Both the position numbers and the translations under genes were made by a program. The notes beneath the pieces are model-generated. The model made no database searches. It had not been told where the DNA came from and saw only the letters and a list, made by a program, of their open reading frames with translations. Shown here in pieces: positions 17,662 to 28,300 of a stretch of DNA of 64,000 nucleotides; the first letter of the stretch is position 1; each line of letters opens with the position of its first letter. Source of the stretch: Candidatus Cloacimonadales bacterium (GTDB taxonomy: Bacteria > Cloacimonadota > Cloacimonadia > Cloacimonadales > JAIOQZ01); contig OY771587.1 of assembly GCA_963674825.1 (NCBI GenBank), positions 704,001 through 768,000 of the forward strand. The letters are read 5' to 3'.

Positions 17662-20661
17662 GTGAAACGAAATATCCTGATTTTTTCCCTGATAGCTACA
17701 CTTTTCGTGATCCTGCTTGCAGGCTGTGACCCGATGACTGATCCGGATCACGTGGAAGACACAGTTCCCTCTTCAGACTATGAACTCGTATGGGCTGATG
17801 AATTCGATCAGACATCGACGATGCCCAATCCCGCCTACTGGAATTACGATACCGGCTACGGCACGAATGGATGGGGTAACGATGAATGGCAGTATTATAC
17901 CAACTCCGAAGACAACGTGAAAGTAGAAGACGGCAATCTCGTCATTACAGCAACTTGGGATTCGGAAAATTTCCTGGCACCTGGCAAAAGAGACGGTTCG
18001 ATCACTTCTGGACGTATCAACACGAAGGGAAACTTCTCCATGAAATACGGAAAAGTGGAAGCCCGTATCAAGACACCCGAAGGCGCAGGTATCTGGCCCG
18101 CGTTCTGGATGCTCGGTTCTAACTACAATGAAGTAGGCTGGCCCTATTGCGGTGAAATCGATATCATGGAAATGAGTCCGCTCTATTATAATGAAAAGAC
18201 CACGATCTGCACCGCGCATTGGTATGACGAAGACCTCGGCGCACACAACTCGTATGGCGGCACGAAAGTTTTCGACGAATCGCTCGCGAACAACTACCAC
18301 ATCTTTGAACTCGAATGGGATGCCTATCGTCTCGTGGGGCGCATCGACGGCATGACCTATATGATCAAAACCATCGATCCCGACACCATGGATGAATTCC
18401 GAAACAACTTCTTTATCTTATTAAATATCGCTGTCGGCGGCGGATTCGGTGGAGCTCCGAACGACACCACCGTCTGGCCGCAAAAAATGTACGTCGATTA
18501 CGTACGCTGCTATCAGCTCAATCCCGATAACGACGACGTGGAATCTTTCGGTATCTTCACCGACGACACAGCTACCGATGACGGAATCATCCCCGGACTC
18601 GACGCTGAGATCTACGTATGGGAAAGCACACTTTCCACCGGCTCCATCGAGCCCTACGAAGGTGACAACGTCATGGCGTTCATCACAACCGGGGCCGGTT
18701 GGTTTGGCGCAGGTATTCAAGCAAACGAACCGATCGACATCTCGAACTTCGCGGGTGGTGATCTCAAGTTTATGATCAAGATACCGGAGAATATCCATTT
18801 CTGGATCGGTATGAACGACAACAACGGCAGCGAAAGCTATGTCGAATTCCCCGCCGGTGAAACCGCATATGGACTCACTCGTGACGGTGAATGGGGACAG
18901 GTGACCATTCCTATTCAGGATATCGCAGGTAACCTGGACCTCAGCTCCATCAGCTACGCGTTCATGATCAAGGAAGAAGAAGGCGCGTCATGCCAGTTCG
19001 CCATCGACGATATCTATCTCGACGGCGGTGGCACATCCATCAGCAGCGTCAGCTTCAGCGCAAACAGCTATACGAATGAAGATAATGGCGCGACCATTAC
19101 CGTTATCGACGAAGAAGCAACCAGCACGGATGTGATCGCAACCGTCAGCAACGGCAGTGAATCGATCGAACTCAACGTAACAATCGACGAAAACGGAACT
19201 GGCTCTGCAACAGCCCTCTTCGGTGAGACCAATCAGGAGACCGGAACCATCGCAGTAAGCGTTGGAACCACGCTTTCCGTCAGCTACACTGACACCTATG
19301 GTGTAGAACGCACAGATTCCGCAATCATCACTGCATCGACCCCCGATGTAAACACGTTCGGCGTTTTCACCGAAACGACACCGGTAACATCGAGCCTCAC
19401 CATCGGCGAGGACTCTGAAATATATGTATGGGAAGGTACACTAACCTCCGCCAACATCGATCCGTGGGAAGGCGACAACGTCATCGCATGGCAAACAACC
19501 GGCGCTGGTTGGTTTGGCGCAGGCATTACGTCCCTCAGTTCGCTTGATCTGTCCGATTTTTCTACCGGCTCACTCAAATTCATGATGAAGATGCCGGCTG
19601 ACATCACCTTTAAAATAGGTGTCCAGGATCAATCGGGCCACGAGGACTACGTCACTTTCACAGCAAATCAGAATCTTTACGGCCTGACCCGCGACGGCGA
19701 ATGGGGACAGGCATCCATTCCGATCAGTGAACTGATCAACAATGTTGATCTCTCGGACATGAGCTACGTCTTCACCATCCTGGAAGAAAACGGCGCGACG
19801 TGCGAATTCGCGATCGACGACATATACTGGCAGGAAGGCGCGGCATCGTACCAGAGCAGCGTAAGCCTGGACGCCAGCAGCTACACCGAAGACGCGACCA
19901 GCGCGCAGATTCACGTGCTGGATGAAGCCATTCCCGGCTCGACCGTCTCCGTGACCGTCCAGAACGGTTCCGAATCCATCAGTGTCGCTGTCTCGCTCGA
20001 TAGCGAAGGCGAAGGCGACGCCACCCTGAACTTCGGGACAACCGACGACGCGACCGACACCATCGCCATCTCGGCAGGCATGACCCTTACCGTCACCTAT
20101 ACCGACCACAACGGCAACAACCTGACCGACAGCGCGACCATCCAATCGTCCGGTCCGTCCGTGGATACATTTGGCATCTACACCGAGTTGACGCCCGTAA
20201 CCGACGGCATTGCTATCGGCTCCGACGCATCGATCTACGTGTGGGAAAACACCCTCACGGGTGGAACCATCGAACCTTGGGAAGGCGAATACGCCATAAG
20301 CTGGCAATCGACCGGCGCAGGCTGGTTCGGCGGCGGCATCAAAGTCAGCCAGGCGCTGGACCTCTCCGCATACGACGGTGGTACCGTCAAGATGATGATC
20401 AAGATGCCTGCGAATGTCACCTTCAAGATCGGAATGACCGACACAGCCGGACACGAAAAGTACGTCTCCTTCCCCGCGAATCAGACCGCATACGGCCTGA
20501 CCCGTGATGGCGAATGGGGCCAGGCTTCGATTCCGGTCAGCGAATTCACCTCTACCATCGACATCTCCGCACTCGATTACGTCTTCACCATCCTGGAAGA
20601 AAACGGAACCCAATGTGACTTCTCGATCGATGACATCTACTGGGTAGAAGCTATAAACTAA
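17662..20661 (+). CDS. GH16 laminarinase-type lipoprotein with 3 putative binding modules and 2 Ig-like spacers
   Basis: GTG start after GAGG; lipobox LLAG-C; GWGNDEWQYY, WPAFWMLG, GEIDIME; three IYVWE...GAGWFG...GLTRDGEWGQ...IDDIY repeats. Confidence 0.9.
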   Translation: MKRNILIFSLIATLFVILLAGCDPMTDPDHVEDTVPSSDYELVWADEFDQTSTMPNPAYWNYDTGYGTNGWGNDEWQYYTNSEDNVKVEDGNLVITATWDSENFLAPGKRDGSITSGRINTKGNFSMKYGKVEARIKTPEGAGIWPAFWMLGSNYNEVGWPYCGEIDIMEMSPLYYNEKTTICTAHWYDEDLGAHNSYGGTKVFDESLANNYHIFELEWDAYRLVGRIDGMTYMIKTIDPDTMDEFRNNFFILLNIAVGGGFGGAPNDTTVWPQKMYVDYVRCYQLNPDNDDVESFGIFTDDTATDDGIIPGLDAEIYVWESTLSTGSIEPYEGDNVMAFITTGAGWFGAGIQANEPIDISNFAGGDLKFMIKIPENIHFWIGMNDNNGSESYVEFPAGETAYGLTRDGEWGQVTIPIQDIAGNLDLSSISYAFMIKEEEGASCQFAIDDIYLDGGGTSISSVSFSANSYTNEDNGATITVIDEEATSTDVIATVSNGSESIELNVTIDENGTGSATALFGETNQETGTIAVSVGTTLSVSYTDTYGVERTDSAIITASTPDVNTFGVFTETTPVTSSLTIGEDSEIYVWEGTLTSANIDPWEGDNVIAWQTTGAGWFGAGITSLSSLDLSDFSTGSLKFMMKMPADITFKIGVQDQSGHEDYVTFTANQNLYGLTRDGEWGQASIPISELINNVDLSDMSYVFTILEENGATCEFAIDDIYWQEGAASYQSSVSLDASSYTEDATSAQIHVLDEAIPGSTVSVTVQNGSESISVAVSLDSEGEGDATLNFGTTDDATDTIAISAGMTLTVTYTDHNGNNLTDSATIQSSGPSVDTFGIYTELTPVTDGIAIGSDASIYVWENTLTGGTIEPWEGEYAISWQSTGAGWFGGGIKVSQALDLSAYDGGTVKMMIKMPANVTFKIGMTDTAGHEKYVSFPANQTAYGLTRDGEWGQASIPVSEFTSTIDISALDYVFTILEENGTQCDFSIDDIYWVEAIN

Positions 20662-20685
20662 AATTCGTAAAATAGAGGACTGCAC

Positions 20686-22605
20686 ATGAGCAAGCGAACG
20701 CATCACTCGACTCGACCTGAAGACCGGATTTCGTTCGGCCAGAAAAGTTCTTACGCCATCGGTATGCTGGTGAATAACCTGCAAGCCGCCGCACTGCCGG
20801 CTATGGTTGTCATTCTCAACCTCGGCCTGGGCATGGATGTTCTGCTGGTGGGATTGATCGGATCGATCCCGAGAATCTTCGACGCTATCTCCGACCCGAT
20901 GGTTGGCTACATCTCGGACAACACCCGTACCCGTTGGGGCAGGAGGCGACCGTTCATCTTCGTTGGCGCGCTGCTGGCAGGATTGATCTTCGCGATCATG
21001 TGGCAGTTACCATCCGGATACATCGATATCCTGGGCGATAAGCCGGTGCATTCGCATCAGATTATTGCAGGAACCGAAACCGACGCAACGCTTGACGACT
21101 CGGGTAGCCTGGTCATCGATTACGATGCAGCGCAGACCAATGACATCTCGTTCGTCCTCTATGGACCCGAAGAACTTTCGCAAACGCAGGGCGAGATCGC
21201 GACAACCAATCTGGAAGGCTTCCCCCAGCTCGAGCTCAATGCGGATCTCCCTGAATATGAGACTATGACCCTGACATTCGATGGTGGCGAAGAGGATTAT
21301 TTACTCAGTCTCACGCAGGACGATTCACAGGATGGAAATGGAAAGCTTTACAAGGTCGCTCTCGCAGGTTTGAAAGCTTCCGATGGCAGCGATACGCAAA
21401 TCGATATGCAATCGATCGAAGATATCACCGTCACTCTCCACGGCGTGAAAGGTAGCGGAGAAGCCACTTTGCATGCGCTCAAGCTTCGCAAGAGCGAGAG
21501 TTTCTACAACGGCTATTTTATCTACTTTCTGATCATGTCGATCCTCTTCTTCCTGGCCTACACGCTTTACGCGACTCCGTTCGTGGCATTCGGCTACGAA
21601 ATGACTCCGGACTACCATGAACGCACCCGCCTGCATGCCTTCGCAAACACCGTCGGACAGCTCGCGTGGCTCGGCGTGCCGTGGTTCTACGCGATCATGG
21701 CAAGCAGCCTGTTCCGCGATACGGTTCACGGAGCCAGAACACTGGCTATCTTCGTGGGTATTGCTGTCGCCGTGCTTGGTATGATTCCAGCGATTTTCTT
21801 GCGTGAACGCGTCTCGCTTGAACCAGTCAAAAACGCGACCAAGGGCCTCTGGAAAAACATGGCGGAGTTCTTCTCGGGCGTTGCCACTACTTTCAAATGC
21901 AAACCTTTCGTAAAACTTTGCGGCGCAACCTTCCTGGTATTCAATGGATTCCAACTGGGTGCGTCATTCTCAATCTATGTAATGATTTACTTCCTTTTCC
22001 ACGGGAACGACGGCAGTGCCGGCAAGCTCATGGGCTGGTTCGGCATGCTCACCTCTATCGCAACGCTCGTCGTAATCCCACTGACAGGCTGGATTGCAAC
22101 TCGTATCGGCAAAAAGAAAACCTTCTTCATCACCATCTCGATGTCCCTGATCGGTTATGTGGTCAAATGGTTTGGCTACAACCCGGCGCACCCTTATTGG
22201 CTTCTCTTTGCCGCGCCGTTCATCGCTTTCGGTACCGGATCCCTTTTCACCCTTATGGGCTCTATGATCTCGGATGTCTGCGATTATGACGAACTCGAAA
22301 CCCACAAGAGACGCGAAGGTGTTTTTGGCGCTATCTACTGGTGGATGGTCAAGATTGGTATGTCTATCGCGGGGCTGATGACCGGTGTACTGCTCAAAGT
22401 TGTAAAATTTGATCAAGCGCTGGGGGCTGGCCAAGATGCAACCACCCTTCAACTGCTGCGATTCTTCGATGTAGCGATTCCTTTCCTCACCTCGGCGATC
22501 GCCATCTGGATCATCGCATCTTACGCCTTGAACGAGGATAAGGTGTATGAGATCCGCAACATACTGGAGCTTCGTCATGCAAAAGGCGTGGCTAAAGAGT
22601 CATAG
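20686..22605 (+). CDS. MFS glycoside-pentoside-hexuronide (MelB-like) sugar transporter with a large inserted domain
   Basis: DAISDPMVGYISDNTRTRWGRRRPF, EMTPDYHERTRL, DVCDYDE...RREG; hydrophilic insert ~21013-21510. Confidence 0.9.
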   Translation: MSKRTHHSTRPEDRISFGQKSSYAIGMLVNNLQAAALPAMVVILNLGLGMDVLLVGLIGSIPRIFDAISDPMVGYISDNTRTRWGRRRPFIFVGALLAGLIFAIMWQLPSGYIDILGDKPVHSHQIIAGTETDATLDDSGSLVIDYDAAQTNDISFVLYGPEELSQTQGEIATTNLEGFPQLELNADLPEYETMTLTFDGGEEDYLLSLTQDDSQDGNGKLYKVALAGLKASDGSDTQIDMQSIEDITVTLHGVKGSGEATLHALKLRKSESFYNGYFIYFLIMSILFFLAYTLYATPFVAFGYEMTPDYHERTRLHAFANTVGQLAWLGVPWFYAIMASSLFRDTVHGARTLAIFVGIAVAVLGMIPAIFLRERVSLEPVKNATKGLWKNMAEFFSGVATTFKCKPFVKLCGATFLVFNGFQLGASFSIYVMIYFLFHGNDGSAGKLMGWFGMLTSIATLVVIPLTGWIATRIGKKKTFFITISMSLIGYVVKWFGYNPAHPYWLLFAAPFIAFGTGSLFTLMGSMISDVCDYDELETHKRREGVFGAIYWWMVKIGMSIAGLMTGVLLKVVKFDQALGAGQDATTLQLLRFFDVAIPFLTSAIAIWIIASYALNEDKVYEIRNILELRHAKGVAKES

Positions 22606-22614
22606 GAACGCTGT

Positions 22615-24252
22615 ATGCAGTGGTTGCTGATTTTCTCCATACTCGTGACAATGCTGGTTGCTCCCTCCAGGAATTGGGGGGAGCCTCCGTTTTCGACTCG
22701 CGAAATCATTGTTACGTCCGCAGCCGGCGATAAGCTCGCCAGAAAGGACAACGTCGAATTTCTCACCGGCGAAGCCACCGGAAACGTTTTAGTAATACTT
22801 CCCGAAAAGACACAACAAACAATGGACGGCATCGGTACCTCCTTCACCGAGTCGTCCTCTTTTGTTTTAGCCCATCTGGACAAAAACCTCCGCGATGAGG
22901 TTATGCAGAACATCTTCGGTAAAAACGGGGCGAATTTCACACTCACAAGAACCCACATCGGCGCATGCGATTTCACCGTCGAAGGCAAATACTCCTACGC
23001 GAAAAGCTCACTCGACGATTTCTCAATTGCTGTCGATTCCGAGGGATTCAATCCCAAACGCTATCCCGGAATCAAGGATCCGAAATACGATCTGCTGCCC
23101 ATGATCAAAGAAGCGCTGGAGATTAATCCCGATTTGCGTATTATTGCCTCAGCATGGACAGCGCCCGACTGGATGAAAGACATCGAGACCTGGTATATCC
23201 CGGGAAGCCCGGAAAATAACTGGCAGGGAACCGGTGGATCGCTCAAATACGAACACATTCCCACCTATGCCGAGTATCTAATCAAATACCTGCAACAATA
23301 CAAGGATGAAGGCGTCAATATCTGGGGGATCACACCCGTGAACGAACCACACGGCAACAACGGCCAGTGGGAAAGCATGAGTTTCACGCCGGAATCGCAG
23401 AGTCGCTTCATCCAGAAGCACCTCGGCCCCCGGCTTAAGGAAAACGGTTTCGCCGACATCAAAGTTCTAATCTACGACCAGAACCGCGACGGTATAGAAC
23501 ACTGGGCAGACGTTATCCTCTCCGATCCCAAGACTTCGCCTTATGTGTACGGAACTGCCATTCACTGGTACGAGAGCACCAACAAGGTCTCTGAAGACGT
23601 GCTGGATCGCGTTCACGAGAAGTATCCCGGATTCGCCATCATCCACACTGAAGGTTGCATCGACGACCTCGGTAAGGACGCGCCCGGAGGCGTGACCGAC
23701 CCCGAAGGCTACAAGGAAGAGAACTGGTTCGACAACGACGACTTCTGGTGGAGCAAGACCGCTACCGACTGGGCTTATTCGGTTACATGGCAGGGTGTAG
23801 ATGTTGAAGACCATCCCATGTACACACCGGTTCATCGATATGCTCGCAACATAATCGAAAGTATCGATCACTGGGTACAGGGCTGGATCGACTGGAATAT
23901 CGTTCTGGATAAGGATGGCGGGCCTAATCACGTCGGAAACTTCTGTGGCGCACCAATCATGATCGACACCGAGAAGCAACACGTCTATTACACACCGATT
24001 TTCCATGTACTGAAGCAATTTAGCCGCACCATCCGTCCTGGCGATGAAGCAGTCAAAACCAATCTTGTCATGCCAGACCTTGGCAACGACGATTTCCACG
24101 CATGCGCTACGGTAAATCCGGATGGTATCCTCAGCGTACAGGTGCTCAACACGACCCGGAATCCGATTGAGTACAAGCTGCAGATTGGAGAGCGTTACGC
24201 GCCGATCACGGCTCCAGCAAACTCAGTACAAACCGTGAGGGTACAGTTGTGA
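22615..24252 (+). CDS. GH30 glycoside hydrolase, probable beta-1,6-debranching enzyme
   Basis: QTMDGIGTSFTE, RTHIGACDF, SAWTAPDWMK, NEP (acid/base), HWY, TEG (nucleophile), DWNIVLD..GGPNH; signal peptide. Confidence 0.9.
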   Translation: MQWLLIFSILVTMLVAPSRNWGEPPFSTREIIVTSAAGDKLARKDNVEFLTGEATGNVLVILPEKTQQTMDGIGTSFTESSSFVLAHLDKNLRDEVMQNIFGKNGANFTLTRTHIGACDFTVEGKYSYAKSSLDDFSIAVDSEGFNPKRYPGIKDPKYDLLPMIKEALEINPDLRIIASAWTAPDWMKDIETWYIPGSPENNWQGTGGSLKYEHIPTYAEYLIKYLQQYKDEGVNIWGITPVNEPHGNNGQWESMSFTPESQSRFIQKHLGPRLKENGFADIKVLIYDQNRDGIEHWADVILSDPKTSPYVYGTAIHWYESTNKVSEDVLDRVHEKYPGFAIIHTEGCIDDLGKDAPGGVTDPEGYKEENWFDNDDFWWSKTATDWAYSVTWQGVDVEDHPMYTPVHRYARNIIESIDHWVQGWIDWNIVLDKDGGPNHVGNFCGAPIMIDTEKQHVYYTPIFHVLKQFSRTIRPGDEAVKTNLVMPDLGNDDFHACATVNPDGILSVQVLNTTRNPIEYKLQIGERYAPITAPANSVQTVRVQL

Positions 24253-25313
24253 TACGATTCTGCCTGATCCTGATTGCGGTTTTTTCCCTCCTCGCAGCCT
24301 GCGCCAAACAGAAAGAAATGCCACAGAACACAATGGTCAGGCAGCTCCTCGAAGAGGGAATCACCCCTCCCCCATCCGAACCTTTCGGTATTCGCGAGTT
24401 TTTACAACCATTGGATCTCAGAGCTGTTTCTTATGGACCGTATCGCAAAGGACAAGCACCTGGTGGTGCTTCGCCTACCGAAGTAGAGCTGGAAGAAGAC
24501 CTGACTCTCATCGCGAATTACTGGCATCTAATCCGAGTCTACAACGCGGACGATCTTTCGGAGAACATGCTTTCCATCATTGATGAAAACACGCTCCCTA
24601 TCCGCGTCATGCTGGGAATCTGGCTGGAAAAAGAGGCAATAGGTACCGACGCAAAACTGCACAATATCGACAACACCCTTCGAGCTATCGAGCTCGCAAA
24701 TCGCTACAAAGACATTGTAGTGGCTGTAAGTGTGGGCAATGAAACGCAGGTCGAGTGGTCAGCACACCGCATGAATCCCGAAAACCTGATTCGATACATC
24801 CGCACCGTGCGCAACAATATCCAGCAGCCGGTTACCAGTGCAGACGATTACAATTTTTGGAATAAAAAAATCAGCGTGGAGATTGCCGACGAGATCGATT
24901 TCATCACCATGCACATGCATCCGCTTTGGAACGGAAGGACACTCGCAACCACCGCCGAATGGCTATCACGAACACTCGATGCCGTCCAAAGCATGCATCA
25001 GCGTCCTGTGATAGTGGGCGAAACAGGATGGGCAACCGACTACAATGCCAACCGCAAAGGTACTGGTGAGCAGGGAACGCTGGTCAAAGGAGAAGTGAGT
25101 GTGGAAGGGCAACAGGACTTCCTGATGCTACTCGATCGCTGGATTGAAGAGAACCAGACCACAACGTTTTTATTCGAAGCGTTCGACGAGCCCTGGAAAG
25201 GTTCTGGCGAACACGATATAGAGAATAACTGGGGCGTTTTTTACGAGGATCGCACACCCAAGTCATCCTTTAAAGCGTTCCAGGAGCATATAGATAATGG
25301 AACACTCAAATAA
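24249..25313 (+). CDS. GH17 beta-1,3-glucanase/glucosidase lipoprotein
   Basis: Lipobox LLAA-C; VSYGPYR, VSVGNE, VGETGW, FEAFDEPWK, ENNWG; GTGA overlap with the GH30 stop. Confidence 0.9.
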   Translation: MIRFCLILIAVFSLLAACAKQKEMPQNTMVRQLLEEGITPPPSEPFGIREFLQPLDLRAVSYGPYRKGQAPGGASPTEVELEEDLTLIANYWHLIRVYNADDLSENMLSIIDENTLPIRVMLGIWLEKEAIGTDAKLHNIDNTLRAIELANRYKDIVVAVSVGNETQVEWSAHRMNPENLIRYIRTVRNNIQQPVTSADDYNFWNKKISVEIADEIDFITMHMHPLWNGRTLATTAEWLSRTLDAVQSMHQRPVIVGETGWATDYNANRKGTGEQGTLVKGEVSVEGQQDFLMLLDRWIEENQTTTFLFEAFDEPWKGSGEHDIENNWGVFYEDRTPKSSFKAFQEHIDNGTLK

Positions 25314-25329
25314 AAAAATGGAGGCGAAA

Positions 25330-28300
25330 ATGAAAAGCACCCACATGATTGTTTTCCTGATGTTCATTCTGACTGCTTTCTCCGGGCTGTTTGCAGCGTC
25401 TACAACCATCGACTTCGAGTCTAGCGACAATGGAACCGGATGGACGTGGACCGTTGCAGAAAACGCAACAAACCCGGCATTGACTTTCCCGGCAAACCCA
25501 GTCAGTGGCGGTATCAACACGTCGGCAACCGTTGCCGAATATACCGCTCTCGATGCTGGTAATCCCTGGGCTCTTTGTTTCACTGACGACATCGACGGTT
25601 TCACGTTTACAGAAAGCAACAGCACCGTCACAATCCAGGTCTATAAGACCGTAGCAACCAACATCGGTATCAAGTTTGAAGGAATTAGCCCCGCAGTTGA
25701 ACTGCAGGTAGCAAACACATCTGTCAACCAGTGGGAAACCGTTACCTTCGATTTCTCCAGTGCGATCGGCAACACCTACACCAGACTGGTCATCATCCCC
25801 GATTTCCAGGACCGCAGCGAAGATCACACAATCTACTTCGATAACATCGTGATCCCCGCAAGCAACACTATTATCCCAGACCCAGAAGCACCTGAAGTGG
25901 CCGCACCGGTTCCCACCGAAGCACCCGAAGATGTAATTTCTATCTACAGCGACAGCTACACTAACCTTGAAGGCACCAACTTCGCAGCTCCGTGGGGACA
26001 GTCCACTGTCGTCACGTTCGACGAAGTTGAAGGCAACGGGTACATGTACTACTCGATGTTCAACTACCAGGGTACGCAACTTCTCGGCGCGCATAATCTT
26101 TCCAGCATGACCCACGTTCATATCGACATGTGGACACCGGACGCAACCGTTGTTCAGTTCACACCCATCAGCGCATCGACCGGCGAACACCTTGTCTCGC
26201 TGACTCCGATCAACCTGGAAGCATGGAATAGCTACGATATTCCGCTTTCAAGCTTCACCGGCGTCGCGATGACCGACATTCACCAGCTCAAGTTCGACGG
26301 ACAAGCCGGCGTCTCGCCGTCCAACGTCTATCTTGACAACATCTACTTCTACGCCGGCGACATCTCCGGCACCGACGCAACGCTCAGCGACCTTAAGGTC
26401 GATGGCACAACCGTCGATGGTTTCGCTTCCAATGTTTATTCCTACGATGTCGAGCTTCCGGAAGGAACCACAACCGTCCCGACCGTTACCGCAACGACTA
26501 ACGACGTGAACGCAAGCCATGTGGTGAACGCTGCGTCCGCACTTCCGGGAACGACCACTGTCGTCGTGACTGCTGAAGACGGAACGACAAGCCTCACATA
26601 CAGCGTCAACTTCACGGTTGAGAATAACAATCCGACCGAACCGTCCGAAGCAGCTCCGACACCTACCCACCTTCACGAGAATGTCACATCCGTATTCAGC
26701 AACGTGTACGGCGATATGGCCGGGGCAAACTTCAACCCCGCATGGGGACAAACAACAACCGTTGGCTTCGTACTGGTTGGCGGCGATGTTACCCTGCAAT
26801 ATGCTAACTTCAACTACCAGGGAACCGAATTCCCGAGTATCAATCTTTCCGCGATGGAATATATCCACTTTGATCTGTGGACTCCGGACGCAACCGTCAT
26901 CGAGTTCTCGCCGATCAGCGAAACAACCGGCGAACACCTTGTAGCGATCGATCCACTCGTTCAGGGAACCTGGAACAGTATTGATATGCCGCTTACCGAT
27001 TTCACGGGCGTTAGCATGGCCGATATCAATCAGCTCAAGTTCAATGGCCAGAACGGTGTATTCCCGTCCAGTGTATGGATCGATAATATCTTCTTCTGGA
27101 AAAGCCCTGCAGGCGATGACGAAGACGCGACTCTCAGCAACCTGCTGGTGAACGGCACGACCGTCAGCGGCTTCTCACCCGCAACTTATGATTACGATGT
27201 CGAGCTTCCGTTCGGCACTACCGTAGTTCCCACCGTAACCGCTGTCACAACCGATCTGGATGCAAGCTACGTCGTTAACGACGCTGCTGCTCTTCCGGGA
27301 TCCACAACCGTTGTCACCACCTCTGAAAACGGAGAGAACAGCCTCACGTACACGCTCAACTTTACCGTTGCCACAGAAACCAGCGATCCGACCCAAGGTG
27401 CACCGGCTCCGACCCATGCAAACGCGGATGTCGTCTCTGTGTTCAGTAACACTTACGGTGACATGGCCGGCGTAAACTTCAACCCGCCTTGGGGACAGTC
27501 CACCACCGTGACCCTCGAATCGATCGGCGGCAACACAACCCTGAAATATGCAAACTTCAACTACCAGGGAACGCAGTTCGCAGGAACTGTTGACCTTTCT
27601 CTGATGGAATACGTTCATATCGACATTTGGACACATGACGCAACGATCGTTAAATTCTCTCCCATCAGCGTTAGCACGGGCGAAGTCCTGACCATTCTCT
27701 CACCGCTTGAGCAGGATACATGGAACAGCCTCGATATCCCGCTTGAAGACTTCACTGGCATGACCATGTCCGACATCCATCAGCTCAAGTTCGATGGACA
27801 GGCCGGCGTCTCGCCCTCGACCATCTGGCTCGACAACATCTACTTCTGGAAGAACCCGACCCAAGCTGGCAGCGATGCAACCCTCAGCGACCTGAAGGTT
27901 GACGATGTAACCATCCCGGGATTCTTATCAGGAACTCTTAACTACACCTACGAGCTTCCGATGGATGCGACAGAGGTTCCGACCGTAACCGCAACCACAA
28001 CCGACGTAAATGCTTCCTATGTCATCAATGACGCTACCGAGCTCCCGGGCTCCACGACTGTCGTTGTAACCGCGCAGGACAACACCACGGTCCTTACCTA
28101 TACCATCAACTTCACGATCGCAGATCCGGTACCGAATGAGGCAGCTCCGATCCCAACCGTCGATCCTGCTAACGTAATCTCGATCTTCAGCAACACCTAC
28201 GGCGATATCGCAGGTGCAAACTTCAACCCCAACTGGGGTCAATCTACTACCGTTACCTTCGAAAACATCGATGGCAACACAACCCTTAAATATGCAAACT

